A DNA stretch of 64,000 nt from Chiloscyllium plagiosum (GCF_004010195.1 NC_057719.1:55090956-55154955), one strand, 5' to 3'. Positions 25,367 to 38,719 are shown, numbered from the stretch's first letter. The notes: generated by a model from the letters alone, not told the origin. Numbers and translations: made by a program.

Positions 25367-28300
25367 TCTTATTTCCGCCTGTCTTCCTTCAAGCTTGAGG
25401 ATGCAAAGCCACAAGCTTGTTATCCATTTCACCAAGGAATTCTCCAATCATCCATAATTATTGAACCATAGAATGGTTGCAGTACTAGGAGGCCATTTGG
25501 GCAATCAAGTGGCTCTCAGCAAGAAAGACTCACCTGATCTCATTCCCTGGTCTTTCTCTGTAGTCCTGCAATTTTCTTTTCTTTTAAGAGAATTATTCAC
25601 TTCTCTATTGAATCTCTTTCCATTGAATCTGCTTCCACCACACTCTCACACAGTGCATTCCTGATCCTAAACACGCGCTATGTAAAAAAGTCTTCCCTGA
25701 CTTTTTTTTGTGACTTTTTTACTAATTGCTGTCTGATTCCTGTTATTTAGCCAAGTTAGATATAATCTGGTATTGTCTGATATAATCCATAAATTCTGAC
25801 TTTGCTTTTAATGTATTTCTCCTATTAAATGTCTTTTAGAAGTCTACATGCACCACATCAACTCCTCTACACTCATCAACCCTGTCTGTTATCTCATCAA
25901 AATACTCAGCAAGTTAGTTAAAGTCTATTTCCCCTTAACAAATATGAGTTAGTTTTCCTTAATAAATCCATATTCATCAATATAACAACAAAATCTGTCC
26001 TGAATGTTCAGATGGTAACTTGCAGTAGCAATGTGGGTATTGTTTACTGGCAGAAGGTCTGCCACACCTCTGACAACATAGGCAATTCTGAGGGTGCTGA
26101 GGGTCGGGGGAGGGAGGGTGCCTTTGATGGGAATCAGGTCCCAAAGGCAGAGGTACCTCCCAACAGGAGTTGTCAACATGTCAGAGGCCAACAGTTCCTG
26201 TATACAGTCTTGTTATGCTGTCAGAAGGGGAACACTAGAACCCAAGGTTTCAACACAAACATCAGCCATCTGTGTATGTTTGGAGTAAGATGGGTGTTTC
26301 CAGGGATGGGAGAGGGTCAGGCAGGTGCTTCAGAAGCAAGGTTAGGAGTAGTGGTCACCCTGTTTTCCTACGTCCTTGCCTTTGATCAGGTACTCATGAA
26401 GATGCATGCACAACTGCCAAGCAGCCTACATACTTAACTGCCTCCACAAAGACTGCATGCCAGCACTCCAACTTGAAGAAGATTAATCCCAACACCATTG
26501 GGCTCAGGGCATTAGGTTGGCCTTAATTTATTCTTATTAAGTGGCCACTTTAGAACTTTAATTCACAGCAAAGTTGGAAGGCCAGTCATGGACTTTCCAG
26601 CCTAGAATTTTCTTCTATTAAAGACAAGAAAGCAGAAGAGATCACGTACACCTCCAACCACCAAATTAAATATCCTTCGCAGCTCATCCCTTGCCACCTC
26701 TGGGCACACAATATTTCTTCCATCAGTTATAAAGATTTTTCTTCCTGTGAGTTTAAACAGACTAAGTTATTCAGTTTATTCTTGTGTTGATTGTTGTAAA
26801 AGGGTGCAACATTTGCAATTCACCAACCTTCTGGCACTACACTGACATCTGAAGGAAAATACAAGATTATGGCTGGTACAATTTCCATCAGTACTTCCCT
26901 CAGTATCCTTGGATCCATCCTATCTAGTCTTGGATAATCTGTGACTTTAAATTTATCTAATAGGTCCTCTTCATTAATTTTAACCCATCTAGTCTCTTTT
27001 CTTATAAATGTCTTTAGTATCTACTTTTCTGGTGAAGACAAATACAAACTAAACATTTAGGACACAGTTTGTAAGGGCCCTGAGCAACATGCAAGTTTCT
27101 GGCAGAATCACAGGAGATGTTCACTGAAGGCCAACTCAATTCCAGGAGCATCTTTTATCCATTTGTTGAATAGAAGGGTGAGTTTCTCACTAGGCAGCAG
27201 TGAGTTGCCAATTGAGGGCATCAAAGCTAGTTAAATGCTTTACTAACAGCCAAATTCATCTCATTATTATTCAAATCCTACCTTATCAAAAATGCCAAAC
27301 AAGTTACACATTGAGGATTCTCGACATTGAAATTAGAGAGTGGACCTAGCAACAGCTTGCCACTTGCTTCCAAAGGACCACAACAGTTCTTAGTTCCAAA
27401 CTCAGGATTGACCCGTGGGCACCCCCTGTCCACAGAAATTGTCATCTTTTGCTGACATCTTGGAATCTCCATGGCACCTCTCTGATCCACTTGCAGAACA
27501 ATCAGGACGTACATACTTGCATTGTAGAGTCCACTAGCAGCTAGTATTTCAAGCAGGGATGATTTGCACACAGGCACCCAGCTCACAGATTGGACCAAGC
27601 TACGTCCCAGATTTGTTCACAAGTTCTCTTTGCCTTCACTCACTTAGCACCTACCTGTAAGCATGCAGCATCCATGCCTTGCTTTGCTTTGCCCTATCTG
27701 CCATGTGATTAAGTACATTGGCATTTCAGTCAGTACCAAAGACTATCAGTACAGCTGTATTAGAAGTGCTCTATTACACAGACACACTGATAGGCTGTTT
27801 GTCATCTCTATTGCAGTTCGAGGCATAGGCAACAGTCTGTCCTATGGGGCCAGAAGCAGTAGTTAGGGATTTGCATATTATCAGATGGCATCTGCAAAGA
27901 TAGTACTTGGGCCCTTGTCTAGAGGCTGCTGTTCATACTTGTTGGAGATCTCGGGCGAATAGCCTATGGGGCAGCAGGGACATCATTGTGAAAGGAATGG
28001 GTGAGCCCAGTCTTGAGTAGTTAATGCAGAGGTATTTGTAGAGGGGGGGGGAGGTCGTAAGGACAATGACAGAGGGAATCAGGTTAACATGTTTCCTTTC
28101 ATGCAAGTGCATTCCCCCAGTTGTAGAATGTATCAATAATGCACATCACTGCCAAATTACAAATGCACGTTCCTAGGTTGGTTTGTGCAAAGCATTTTAG
28201 CATTTTTCACTCCTTTCTTAGTTCCCAGTAGAACATGTGTTGTTTTAAATGAACCAGAACTGTATATAGGATCCCAATACCAGGAGTGCTAACGTGAAAA

Positions 28301-28383
28301 TGTAAATGATGCCCATACAATGTATGAGGCATGCAGAATAGTATTGACAGGCACAGAAGGCTGGGTTATTGATAATGACCACC

Positions 28384-28481
28384 GTCATTCCTGAAGAAGG
28401 GCTTATGCCCGAAACGTCGATTCTCCTGCTCCTCGGATGCTGCCTGGCCTGTTGTCTTTTTCCAGCATCACATTTTTCAAC
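28384..28481 (+). mobile_element. Mini Penelope-like insertion with hammerhead-like core and 10-bp TSD
   Basis: cattcCTGAAGAagggcttatgcccGAAACGTCgatt; TSD aatgaccacc at 28374-28383 and 28482-28491. Confidence 0.85.
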
Positions 28482-28578
28482 AATGACCACCATTATGACC
28501 TCCACAAGGGGAGTGTAGAGGAACATCGTTAAAGTGTAACATCAGAATCAGGAGATAGGGAGGACAGTTGTAGGTGAA

Positions 28579-28755
28579 GTTCAGTGTGATGAATCTCTGT
28601 AGAGTGGAGGGGAAAAAAGAAAGGTTCAGTGCGGTGTATATCCATAGAGTGGATAAGTAAATAAGGGTTCAGTGTGGTGTATCTCCATAGAGTGGATGGG
28701 AAAAAACAGGTTCATTGTGGTATATCTCCATAGAGTGGACGGGAAAAAAAAAAGG
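28579..28755. repeat. Minisatellite, 4 units of ~43-45 bp
   Basis: gttcagtgYggtgtatctccatagagtgga starts at 28579, 28624, 28667 and 28710, separated by A/G-rich linkers. Confidence 0.85.
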
Positions 28756-30383
28756 TCTTTGAGTCCAGCAAGGTAAAGAGGGAGTGGAGGCTCTGGGAAA
28801 CTGAAGATCAGATGGAGCCCGGTGCTGATGGTGTCCAGTGCAAACTGTGTTTCTTGTCATCACTTTCCTTCTCTAGATGCCAAATGCAATAGAAAAATGG
28901 CTCGGAGAACACCCCCCACCCCCTCCCCCCCTCCCCTACCTCCGTGTCCCCACCCCCACAAAGTGAAGACATATCATAACATCCTGGTGAACCTCCTCTG
29001 CACCCTCTCCAAAGCATTCATATCCTTATGGTAATGTGACAACCAGAACTATATGCAGTATTCCAAATGTGGCCGAACCAAAGTCTTATATAATTGTAAC
29101 ATGACTTACCAACTCTTGCACTCAATACCCTGTCTGATGAAGGAAAACATGCTATGTGCCTTTTTGACCACTCTACTGACCTACGTTGCCATCTTCAGGG
29201 AACAATGGACCTGAACCACCAAGATCTCTCTGTACATCAATTTTCCCCAGGACTTTTCCATTTATTGTATAGTTCGCTCTGGAATTGCATCTTCCAAAAT
29301 GCATCGCCACGCATTTGCCTGGATTGAACTCCATATTCCATTTCTCTGCCCAACTCTCCAATCTATCTATATATTCTGCTGTATTTTCTGACAGTCCCCT
29401 TCACTATCTGCTACTCTACTAATCTTGGCATCATCTGCAAATTTGATAATGAGGAAACCTACACCTTCCTCCAAATCATTATGTATATCGCAAACAACAG
29501 TGGTCCCAGCATGGATCTCTGTGCGACATCACTGGTCACAGATCCCCATTTTGAGAAGCTCGATTCCACTACTACTCTCTGTCTCCTGTTGCCCAATCAG
29601 TTCTTTATCCATCTAGCTAGAACACCCTGGACCCCATGCGACTTCAACTTCTTCATCAGCTTACCATGGAGAACCTTATCAAACGCCTTGCTAAAGTCTA
29701 TGTATATGACAGCTACATCCCTTCCCTCATCAATCAACTTTGTCACCTCTTAAAAGAATTCTATTAGGTTTGTAAGACATGAATATCCCTGCACAAAACA
29801 TGCTGCCTATCACCGATGAGCCCATTTTCTTCCAAATGGTTATATATCCCATCCCTGAGTATCTTCTCCAATAGCTTCCCCACCACTGACGTCAGGCTCA
29901 CAGGGCTATAATTATGTGGATTATCCCTGGTACCCTTCTTAAACAAAGGGACAACATTAGCAATTCTCCAGTCCTCTGGGACCTCCCCCATTTTCAAGGA
30001 TGCTGCAAAGATATCTGTTAAAGCCTCAGCTATTTCTCTCTTGCTTCCCTCAGTATCCTGGGATAGATCCCATCCATTCCTAGGGACCTGTCCACCTGAA
30101 TGCCTTTTAGAATACACAACACTTCCTTACTCCTTATGCTGACTTGACCTCGAGTAATCAAAGATCTATCACTAACCTCAACATTAGTCATGTCCCTCTC
30201 CTCAGTGAATACTGATGCAGAATACTCATTAAGAGTCTCAGCCATTTTCTCTAACTCCATGCATATCTTTCCTCCTTTGTGATTGAGTGGGCCAACCCTT
30301 TCCCTTGTTACCCTCTTGCTGCTTATATATGAATAAAAGGTTTTGGGGTTTTCCCTAACTCTGCTTGCTAAGAATATCTCATG

Positions 30384-30631
30384 GGAGAAAGTGAGGACTT
30401 ACAGGTGCTGGAGATCAGAGCTGAAAATGTGTTGCTGGAAAAGCGCAACAGGTCAGGCAGCATCCAAGGAGCAGGAGAATCGATGTTTCGGGCATGAGCC
30501 CTTCTTCAGGAATGGGGAATGGATGTTTCGGGCATAAGCCCTTCTTCAGGAATTCCTGAAGAAGAGCTCATGCCCGAAACATCAATTCTCCTGCTCCTTG
30601 GATGCTGCCTGACCTGCTGTGCTTTTCCAGC
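30384..30631. mobile_element. Palindromic mini Penelope-like insertion with 14-bp TSD
   Basis: Inverted arms meet at cttcaggaattcctgaag. TSD aagaata(t/g)ctcatg at 30370-30383 and 30632-30645. Confidence 0.88.
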
Positions 30632-30746
30632 AAGAATAGCTCATGACCTATTTTAACCCTCTTAATTCCTCATTTCAGTTTGGTCCTACATTCCCAATAT
30701 TCTTCCAAAGCTTCATCTGACTTCAGTCATTACACCTTATTATGTA

Positions 30747-31020
30747 AGATTCCCTACAGTATGGAAACCGGTCCTTCAGCCCTACAAGTCCACAACAGCC
30801 CTCCAAAGAGTAACCCACCCAGACCCATTCCCCTACATTTACCCCCGACCTCAACACAATGGGCAATTTAGCATGGCTAATTCACCTGACCTGCACATTC
30901 TCTTCCGGAGTACCCAGAAGAGAATGTGCAAACTCCACACAGTCATCCAAGGTGGGAATCGAACCTGGGTCCCTAGTGTTGTGACGCAGCAGTGCTAACC
31001 ACTGAGCCACTATGCCGCCC
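30747..31020 (-). mobile_element. HE1-type SINE inserted in CR1
   Basis: Head at 31020, tail at 30747; ttatgta on both flanks. Confidence 0.88.
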
Positions 31021-31924
31021 TTATGTACACATCCTTTTTTCTCTTAGCTAGTCTCACAATTTCACCTGTCATCCATGGTTCCCTAATCTTGCCATTTCTA
31101 TCCCTCATTTTCACAGGGACATATCTCTCATGAACTCTAATCAACCGCTCTTTAAAAGCCTCCCTCATATCGAATGTGGATTTCCCTTCAAACAGCTGCT
31201 CCCAATCTACATTCCCCAGCTGCTGCCGAATTTTGGTATACTTGGGCTTCCCCAAATTTAGCGCTCTCCCTACTCTCGTCTTTTACATGAGTATCCTAAA
31301 AGTTATGGAATTGTGATCACTATTCCCAAAGTAATCCCCTACTGAAATTTCAAACACCTGGCCAGGCTTATTTCCAAACACAGCTCCAACATGCCCTCTT
31401 CACAAGTTAAACTACTTATATACTGCTCTAGAAAACCCTCCTGGATGCTTCTTACAAATTCTGCTCCATCCAATCCTCTAACACGAAGTGAATCCCAGTC
31501 AATGTTGGGAAAGTTAAAATCTCTTATCACATATTTGTACCTCTATCTCACGTTTGCTGTTGGGAGGCTGTAGTACAGCCTCAACATTGTTACAAATCTT
31601 TGTGAAAACCTTTAAGCTACTAACTATCCATCTAGAGCTTCCAGTATAAATCAACGTGCAGATTAAATGGAAAGTTTGGGCCAAAAAGGAATAAAAATGG
31701 CCAAGTAATATATAATATATTTTCCTTTGTTTAAATAATACAAGGAGATGTGTGCATCTCTATTGTGTGTTCCATCTGCTGACAATACAGTACATTTAAA
31801 TTGCTTCAAACAGTGAAAAAATAAGTTGTACATTAATGCAAAGGGCTCTAGAGCTGATTTTCCAGATCCTGAGTCAAATATGGTGGTACAACAAGAGACC
31901 AGTTTTCTTTCAGTATAATGAAGG

Positions 31925-32155
31925 CAAAATACTGTAGATGCTGGAAATCTGAAACAAATACAGAGAATGTTGGAGAAACTTGCAGCTTCTGTGGACAGAG
32001 AAATGGATTTAGCCTTTTGAGTTCAGTACAACTCTTCTTCAGAACTGAACACGTTTCAGATGAGTCCTGAAAAAGTCATACCAAACTCAAAATGTTAATT
32101 CTGTTTCTCTATTTACAAATACTGCCAGACCTACTGAGTTTCTCCAGCATTCTCT
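31925..32155. mobile_element. Older inverted mini Penelope-like element
   Basis: aaatactgtagatgctggaaatctgaaacaaa...; inverted arm ...ctgagtttctccagcattctctg; degenerate CTGA..GA and AAAA cores. Confidence 0.6.
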
Positions 32156-32529
32156 GTGCTTTTTACTTCCAATGTATTGTAATATCACGTACTTTATTAT
32201 TTGTGCATTGTGAAACACTCTATGGGCTGAATCTTCATGCATTTTGTTATGTATTTATGTTTCAATGGATCATAGCAAAGTGGGGAATATGGGAGGAAGT
32301 GTGGACAGGCCCACAAATATGTTGGTCGAGGGTCAGGAGAATTCTATATTCAGATTTAATTAATTGCCTTAAAAGTACAAAGTAAACAACATTAGAGGGT
32401 CACAATATTTAGAGTCTTTTCAATAGCTCAACATCAACTTCTGTACATGTATCCTGTAATGTGACAATATTTTATCTCAGCATTTACAGGAATTATGAAA
32501 ACAGAAATTATGAAAACAGAATTATGAAA

Positions 32530-32850
32530 ACAGAAACAGAAAAATTCAGCAGGTCTGGGCAGATCCACGGAGAGAAAGCAGAGTTAATGTTTTGGGTCCA
32601 GTAACTCTTCTTCAGAACTGATGATAGTGAGGAAAATTCTGGTATTTATGCAGTAGATGGAGTGGGGCAAAGGGGAAGGAGTAAACGATAGGTGGAGGAA
32701 GAGCCCAAAGACGGAAAAAAAACAATTGGATAGAGAAAGGAGTGGGTAAAGGTCAGCCTGGGAGAATGAAGAGTTGCGAATGGGGGCTATTATTAGCTGA
32801 CAATGGGTTGTGTATGGTAGCAAACCGTGAGTTGACAAGGCCTGGTGTGT
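32530..32850 (-). mobile_element. Penelope-like terminal fragment
   Basis: Reverse complement has agttCTGAAGAagagttactggacccAAAACATTaact. Preceded by a 15-bp tandem (aattatgaaaacaga)x3 at ~32491-32535. Confidence 0.6.
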
Positions 32851-33040
32851 GGACGAATATTTGACAGAAATTTGACAGAAATACAAACCATGGGAGTTTT
32901 TGCTGAAAGAACCAGAATCTATCTTTAACAGGCCATTTAATTGTTGAATATGTGATGCAAATCTTAGGTGTGAAGGATGTACATCTCTCCAACAAATTAC
33001 ACGTTGGCAAGCTATGTGTGTCAAGCATGTACTAACATTA

Positions 33041-33259
33041 GGAGAAAGTGAGGACTGCAGATGCTGGAGATCAAAGCTGAAAATGTGTTGCTGGAAAAGC
33101 GCAGCAGGTCAGGCAGCATCCAAGGAGCAGGAGAATCGACATTTCGGGCATGAGCCCGAAGAAGGGCTTATTCCTGAAGAAGGGCTCATGCCAAAAACGT
33201 CGATTCTCCTGCTCCTTGGATGCTGCTTGACCTGCTGCCCTTTTCCAGCAACACATTTT
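33041..33259. mobile_element. Palindromic mini Penelope-like insertion with 15-bp TSD
   Basis: TSD catgtactaacatta at 33026-33040 and 33260-33274. Inverted arms explain the mirrored 'MCCWKSAAGQAASKEQENR' chance ORFs. Confidence 0.9.
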
Positions 33260-34177
33260 CATGTACTAACATTATCCTTTTACCTTCTGTGTACTGGGAT
33301 GGAGTTTTAAAAGAAGCATGTCGTTGTTTAAATAAATTATATGCTAGTTGCACAATAATTATAAATCAGCACAGTAAGTTCACAGATGAAAATGTTGAAG
33401 GAGCTCAAATATTCATATATTCTGATTTTATTCATGCGTATGGCAGCTGGACAGTCATTCCCCTTCTCATAATGATCTTGTCCTTGAATACAAAGAATTT
33501 GGATTCCTGCAACTGTGAATGTGGATGTTACGTTCTGAAATGATGTGGTGATGAACAGCGAACAGCAATTAAATTTCACACTATTTCTAATTAGTTAAAC
33601 TTTCTGTTTGACTCAATTAGATATGATTCATTAGTGAACAGAAGCAAGAGGTCATTCAGGAGGAGCTGGCGAAATAAGCGAGCAGTACCCTGCAGCCTCT
33701 GGTGAACATTGAACAAGTGAAGCCAGATGCCTCAGTAGGAATATTACTGAGGTTATAGACGTACAGAATCATGGATTAATGCAGCACAGACAAAGATGTC
33801 TCAGCTCATTGTTTTTGCCCATGATCTTTCAAAAAGTAATTCAATTTGTTTCATTTTTAAGACTCTTCTTCTATAGTATTAAAATCATTTTCACCTTCAA
33901 GTATTTATCCAGTTGTCTTTTGAGGGCAATGATTAAACCTGTATCAACCGTCTTATCAGTCCAAATCTGAACTGATCATTTTGTAAAAGGTTTTTCTAAT
34001 TTCTCCTTTGGTTTTTTTTGTCATTCCCCTTAACCATCTGCATTTTAGTACCCTTCTGTCATTGGGAACAGTTTCATTTTAGTTTATCTGGATTTTCAGA
34101 ATTTAAAATGTCTCTGTCATGTTGCCTCTTATCAATCTCTGTTCTGAAGGTAGTAATACTGGTTACTTCACTTTATT

Positions 34178-34300
34178 GAATTGAATTGAATTTATTGTCA
34201 TGTGTACCGAGGCACAGTGAAAAGCTTTGTCTTGTGAGCAATACAGGCAGATCACATAGTTAAGTAAATAATATGTAAACAGTGGCAAAAACAAAAACGC
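34178..34300 (-). mobile_element. 3' end of a non-LTR retrotransposon with (TTCAA)n tail, possibly Rex1-like, within old CR1 debris
   Basis: ttgaattgaattgaatttattgtcatgtgtaccgaggcacagtgaaaagct. Confidence 0.5.
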
Positions 34301-34344
34301 CTAATTGTAATCTCTCATCCCTGTAATCGTTACGAGAAAAATCT

Positions 34345-34572
34345 TCTCATGACTGGGGAAGCCGTCAGTTCAATCTGGCACCTGGAGGAAAGTCTGTCGC
34401 TATGCAACAAGGGAGGAGGTGTTATGCTTGCGGTGCTTAAAATTACAGCAGCATTGAACTTCCTCACCAGCAGCTCCTTTCAAACTTCAACTGAAGACCC
34501 GTGTGGCATCTTCCAATCACCGGTCCACCAGTTCATTCCTATGTGCAGAAATGCCCTTTTCAGCAAAGCACA
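34345..34572 (+). pseudogene. HARBI1-like Harbinger transposase N-terminal fragment
   Basis: LKITAALNFLTSSSFQTSTEDPCGIFQSPVHQFI..CRNALF resembles the Harbinger HTH region (AAL.F..SGSFQ...GD..GISQ). Confidence 0.8.
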
Positions 34573-34587
34573 ATGTTGGACCAAATC

Positions 34588-34743
34588 ACTGCAGATGCTA
34601 GAATCTGTACTGAAATAAATGCTGGAAATCACAGTGGGTTAGGTAGCATCCGTGGAGACAGCAAGCTAATGTTTAGAATGTAGGTGACTCTTCAGTTAGC
34701 TCTGATGAAGAGTCATCTAGACTCAAATGTTAGCTTGCTGTCT
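34588..34743. mobile_element. Inverted mini Penelope-like element with hammerhead-like core
   Basis: agacagcaagctaatgttt...gactcttca mirrored by gctCTGATGAagagtcatctagactc-AAATGTTagcttgctgtct. Confidence 0.7.
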
Positions 34744-35727
34744 ATAATCTTATAAGTTATATCCTACCTAATGCCCAGATATTGAACACCCTTTGATTTG
34801 ATTGGGATGTGCGCTTACTGGACCTGCAAGTGAAAAAGCTCTCATGTTTAGAAGCATGTCACTGAAACCAATTACCAGCTGCAGGGTCTAGCGCAGTTAA
34901 ACCAACAAACACATACAGTACTGGCTCTGTGAGCTTTAATTAATTTCCAATAGCTTTAGTTCAAGTGCACCGAGAAATAAATGGCATAATACATATTAGT
35001 CATAAAAATAGTAATACTTCATGTGAAAATTTTTGCCATAAATCTTGTTTTTTCTTGCTGATCTGTTAAGTTCGCCCCTAAGCCTGCAGGTGATGTGAAA
35101 ATGTCCCAAACAAGAGAAAAAGCTCAGACCTCTCTGAGAATGGTGATAAGTAAAATAAAGAGTTGTGTTCTCTCCAGGCAAGGAATTGACTTTCATGACC
35201 TTGAAGAATTCGTAATAGCTGGTACATATACATAAAGTAATATCAGAGGGATTGCTGTATCTCCAAAGTCATGATTGCTATTCTACTGTCAGATTACATA
35301 ACCTTGCAATTGGAAATAATGCTTTGGAGAAGTGAACGATACTTCAATGATATAACAAAGGTGACCAAGATACGGTTACATTTTATATTAAGTGGTGGGA
35401 GGGTTGATGCTATGGAGAAAGAAGGGAGAAAATAGAACAAAGCTGCAACATACAGGGAAACAGAAAAGGAAATGAAAAACTTTGGCAGGAAAAGTAAAAG
35501 TGAAATATAAATGGATGTGGGAATAGCTTAAATAATGGTGCTTTAATGATGAATGGTTTGATGAAAAATCATGTTTTAGCATTGAACTCTTTGTCACTCA
35601 GGAGTGCAAATACAAAGTGGGAGTTGATTGATGCTAGCTGTAAGAAAAATGACACAATATTGCCTCTGGAGGAAGCTAGCCTCCCTGAAGAAATTATGCA
35701 CACAAGCTCCTCTAACATTAGTTTGGC

Positions 35728-36225
35728 TGCATTCAGAATACTGTGTACAGTTCTGGTCACCACATTACCAAAAGGATGTGGATGCTTTGGAGAGGGTGCA
35801 GAGAAGGTTTACAAGGATGTTGCCTGGTATGGAAGGTGCTTGCTATGAAAAAAGGTTGAATAGGTTAGGTTTATTTTCATTAGAAAAAAGGAGATTGAGG
35901 GGGGACCTGATTGAGGTTTACAAAATCATGAAGGGTATAGACAAGGTGGAGAGAGACAAGTTTTTTTCCCAGGGCGAGGGAGTCAATAATGAGAGGTCAT
36001 GCTTTCAAGGTGAGAAGTGGAAATTTTAAGGGGGAAACATACAGTAAGGACTTCACACAGAGGGTGGTGGGCGTTGCCAGCAGAGGTGGTAGAGGCAGGC
36101 ACGGTAGATTCATTTAAGATGCGTCTGGACAAATGCATGAATGGTGGGGAGCAGTGGATTTGGATTGGCTCAGGCTTGGAGGGTTGAAGGGCCTGTTCCT
36201 GGGCTATAAATTTTCTTTGTTCATT
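35728..36225 (+). mobile_element. CR1 3' end
   Basis: EYCVQFWSPHYQKDVDALERVQRRFTRMLPGMEG...RRLRGDLIEVYKIMKG. Confidence 0.93.
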
Positions 36226-36829
36226 GTAAAGGAAGTAGCACAACAATGGTAGCACAACTGGGTAGGCCCCCTGTGGCTCAAACCCTGTTTGCCTGGTGTT
36301 AATTTAAACAGGTATTCCTTAGTCTTTGGAAAAAGTCTAAGCAGCAAAAATTAAAGTCACTATTCATGACAAGCTCATGCTTTGCCATGCTGCTGCTGCT
36401 GCTAAGGATTCCAGCTGTGTTCTTGCGATCCCTTTTACAGTGCCAACAAACAAGATTTCTGTGAAATTGAAAACGATAAGTGTTGGAAAACACTCAGTAT
36501 TTCTAATAGCACCTGTAGAGGGAGAAAAGTTTCAGCTTGATGAACTTTCTTCAGAAATGGAAAAATTATCAATTTACAGTTTTCAGAACAGGTATATGGC
36601 CAGAGGAAAAGAGAACAGTGGTGAGCAGGAGAAAGAAGAGCAAACAAAATCAGTGTGCTACAGTCCAGGGCAGGGGAAATCAAATAATAAATAGAGTAAG
36701 AATTCAACAGGGGCTGGGAATCAGACAAGCATAGAAACAAAAGCTTAGACCCAAGAAAAAGCCTAGGAATTCTGAGGTGATCAATTCACCTTCTGTCTCC
36801 CCAGTATGTGTTCGCCTTCCACAAAGTGC

Positions 36830-37335
36830 AACTCAGGAATGTGTTAGAATACTCTCCACTTGCCAAGATGAGTGCCATTCCAACAGCAAGAAGTTGAATA
36901 ATACAGGATAAAACAATCCTCTTGATTTGCAGTCTATCCACAACCTTTAACATTTTCACATCAACACACAGTAGCAGAAGTGTATATCATCTAGACAATG
37001 TACTGCAGCAACTAATTAAGGCTCCTTTGACAGCACTTCCAAATCTGTGACCTCTACAATTGAAAAAGGACAAGGGCAATGGATTCATGGGAACACCACC
37101 CCCTGCACATTTCCCTCCAAGCCAGACATCATCCTGCCTTGGAATCATATCACTCTGCCTTCATAGTTGCCAGGTCAAAATCCTGGAATTCCCTTCGCTA
37201 CAACCCTACATCCCAAAGATTGCAGCAACTCAAGAAGGCAACTCACCACTGCCTTTTTACAGACAATAATGGATGGGCAATAAATCTGATCACAACTAAT
37301 GATACCCTCCTTCCACAAATGAATTTTTAAAAAAG
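36830..37335 (+). mobile_element. 3' end of a second CR1-like family
   Basis: gaatactctccacttgcc...tcaagaaggcaactcaccactgcc...gatgggcaataaat...tgaatttttaaaaaa; homologous to 38720-39135 and 39740-40500 (minus). Confidence 0.75.
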
Positions 37336-37496
37336 GTTAGACTAGGACAAGTGGATTTGGCCATGGAAGCCAGAAAGGTAGCTCTGAATCAAATGTGGAT
37401 CCTCATCCTAAGCACCAGCTGACATCTCTTCTATTTTCATCCATTGTCAGTACTTGTTTCTCAAGGACCTGGAAACAGTGGTTAAGATCATGTTTA

Positions 37497-37783
37497 AGCG
37501 GCACTGTGGCTCAGTGGTTAGCACTGCTGCCTCACAGCGCCAGGGACCCGTGTTCGATTCCCGCCTCGGGCAACTGTCTGTGTGGAGTTTGCACATTCTC
37601 CCTGTGTCTGTGTGGGATTCCTCCCACTGTCCAAAGATGTGCAGGTCAGGTGAATTGGCCATGCTAAATTGCTCATAATGTTAGGTGGATTAGTCAGGGG
37701 TAAATATAGGGGAGTGGATTTCTTTTCGGAAGGTCGGTGTGGACTTGACGGTCTTGTTTTCACGCTGTAGGCAATCTAATCTA
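37497..37783 (+). mobile_element. HE1-type SINE
   Basis: gcggcactgtggctcagtggttagcactgctgcctcacagcgccaggg...aatctaatctaa. Confidence 0.92.
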
Positions 37784-38719
37784 AACTCAATGATAAATGC
37801 ATAAAGCTGTTAAAGTACTGCAACAAAAGAAAAGAATGCCCTTCATGACAATGGAATGTTTTATGTCAATGTGATTGCATGGCATTATTATAGCTTTACT
37901 CCCAATCTGTGTGTGGAAGTCCCACTGGAGTCATCAGATACAAAATAATTGACAGCTTTACATAACAATGAATCATGAAGGCACGTATGGTAAATTATCT
38001 CATGATAGAAAAGAAACAGCCATTCCTGTGTACTTGGCACTGACATGGAAGCTCTTTCTACTAATAACATAGTGGATATTTTCATGTGGGCATCTCAGTG
38101 TCATATGAGTCCTTTGAATTATTTTTTGTACCTGTAAAAATCTAGTTAGGCTTCAAACTGGATAGATCCTGCTGTTTTCTTTTCGAGTTTTATTCAGATG
38201 GAAATAAATTATATAAGTGTCTTGAAAAGAGAATAAAATGCCTTCTTGATTCAGTCATGAGCTGCTGAATATAGTGTAGGTTACCTGCTGTTGCCTAAAA
38301 TGATCCACAAATTTTAGCCAGTGGCTATCTGGCGAGAGACAATGTTGTTCTGTGGTAACAATAGCCTCAGGTTTTCATTAACGATTGGCATACTTAGCAA
38401 CAGAAACTGAACAAATTACAGCTTTCTGAGGCCCAGACCTTCAGAGAAATCCACACAAGATCAGCCTGACTGTAAGCCCTCCTGACTGAATGTTCAACAG
38501 TGTTCAGAGGGATGCCTTCTATTATACCCGAAATGAAGAGCTTCCAATCTGGTCTTTAACACATCCTCATCATTCTTATTTTCAAATGACAAAACAAAGA
38601 TAATTTAATGAGGATGTCCATGTCCAGAATACTAAATATCACATCCATCAGAATTAATAAAAGTACTGTAAGTATCCTGTCAAGAATCCAATCAGGTAAA
38701 GGAATGCAAAGTATTTTGA

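Larger units (their letters stand above)
28960..31590 (-). mobile_element. CR1 LINE ORF2, long degenerate copy with nested mini-Penelope and SINE
   Basis: DFNFPNIDW; VPEDWRIANVVPLFKKG; SPVSLTSVVGKLLEKILRD; WAEKWNMEFNPGKC. Confidence 0.93.

Noticed and set aside
25990..28540. Host gene exons in moderately GC-rich ORF-bearing blocks
   Set aside because: No recognisable protein. The texture resembles old transposon interior, but I could not assign a family.
28579..28755. CRISPR array
   Set aside because: Vertebrate context, no cas genes, and the 'spacers' are only 13-15 nt, low-complexity and related to each other.
33014..33310. Recurrent peptide MCCWKSAAGQAASKEQENRRFGH as a gene family
   Set aside because: Chance translation of the antisense strand of the mini-Penelope terminal repeat.
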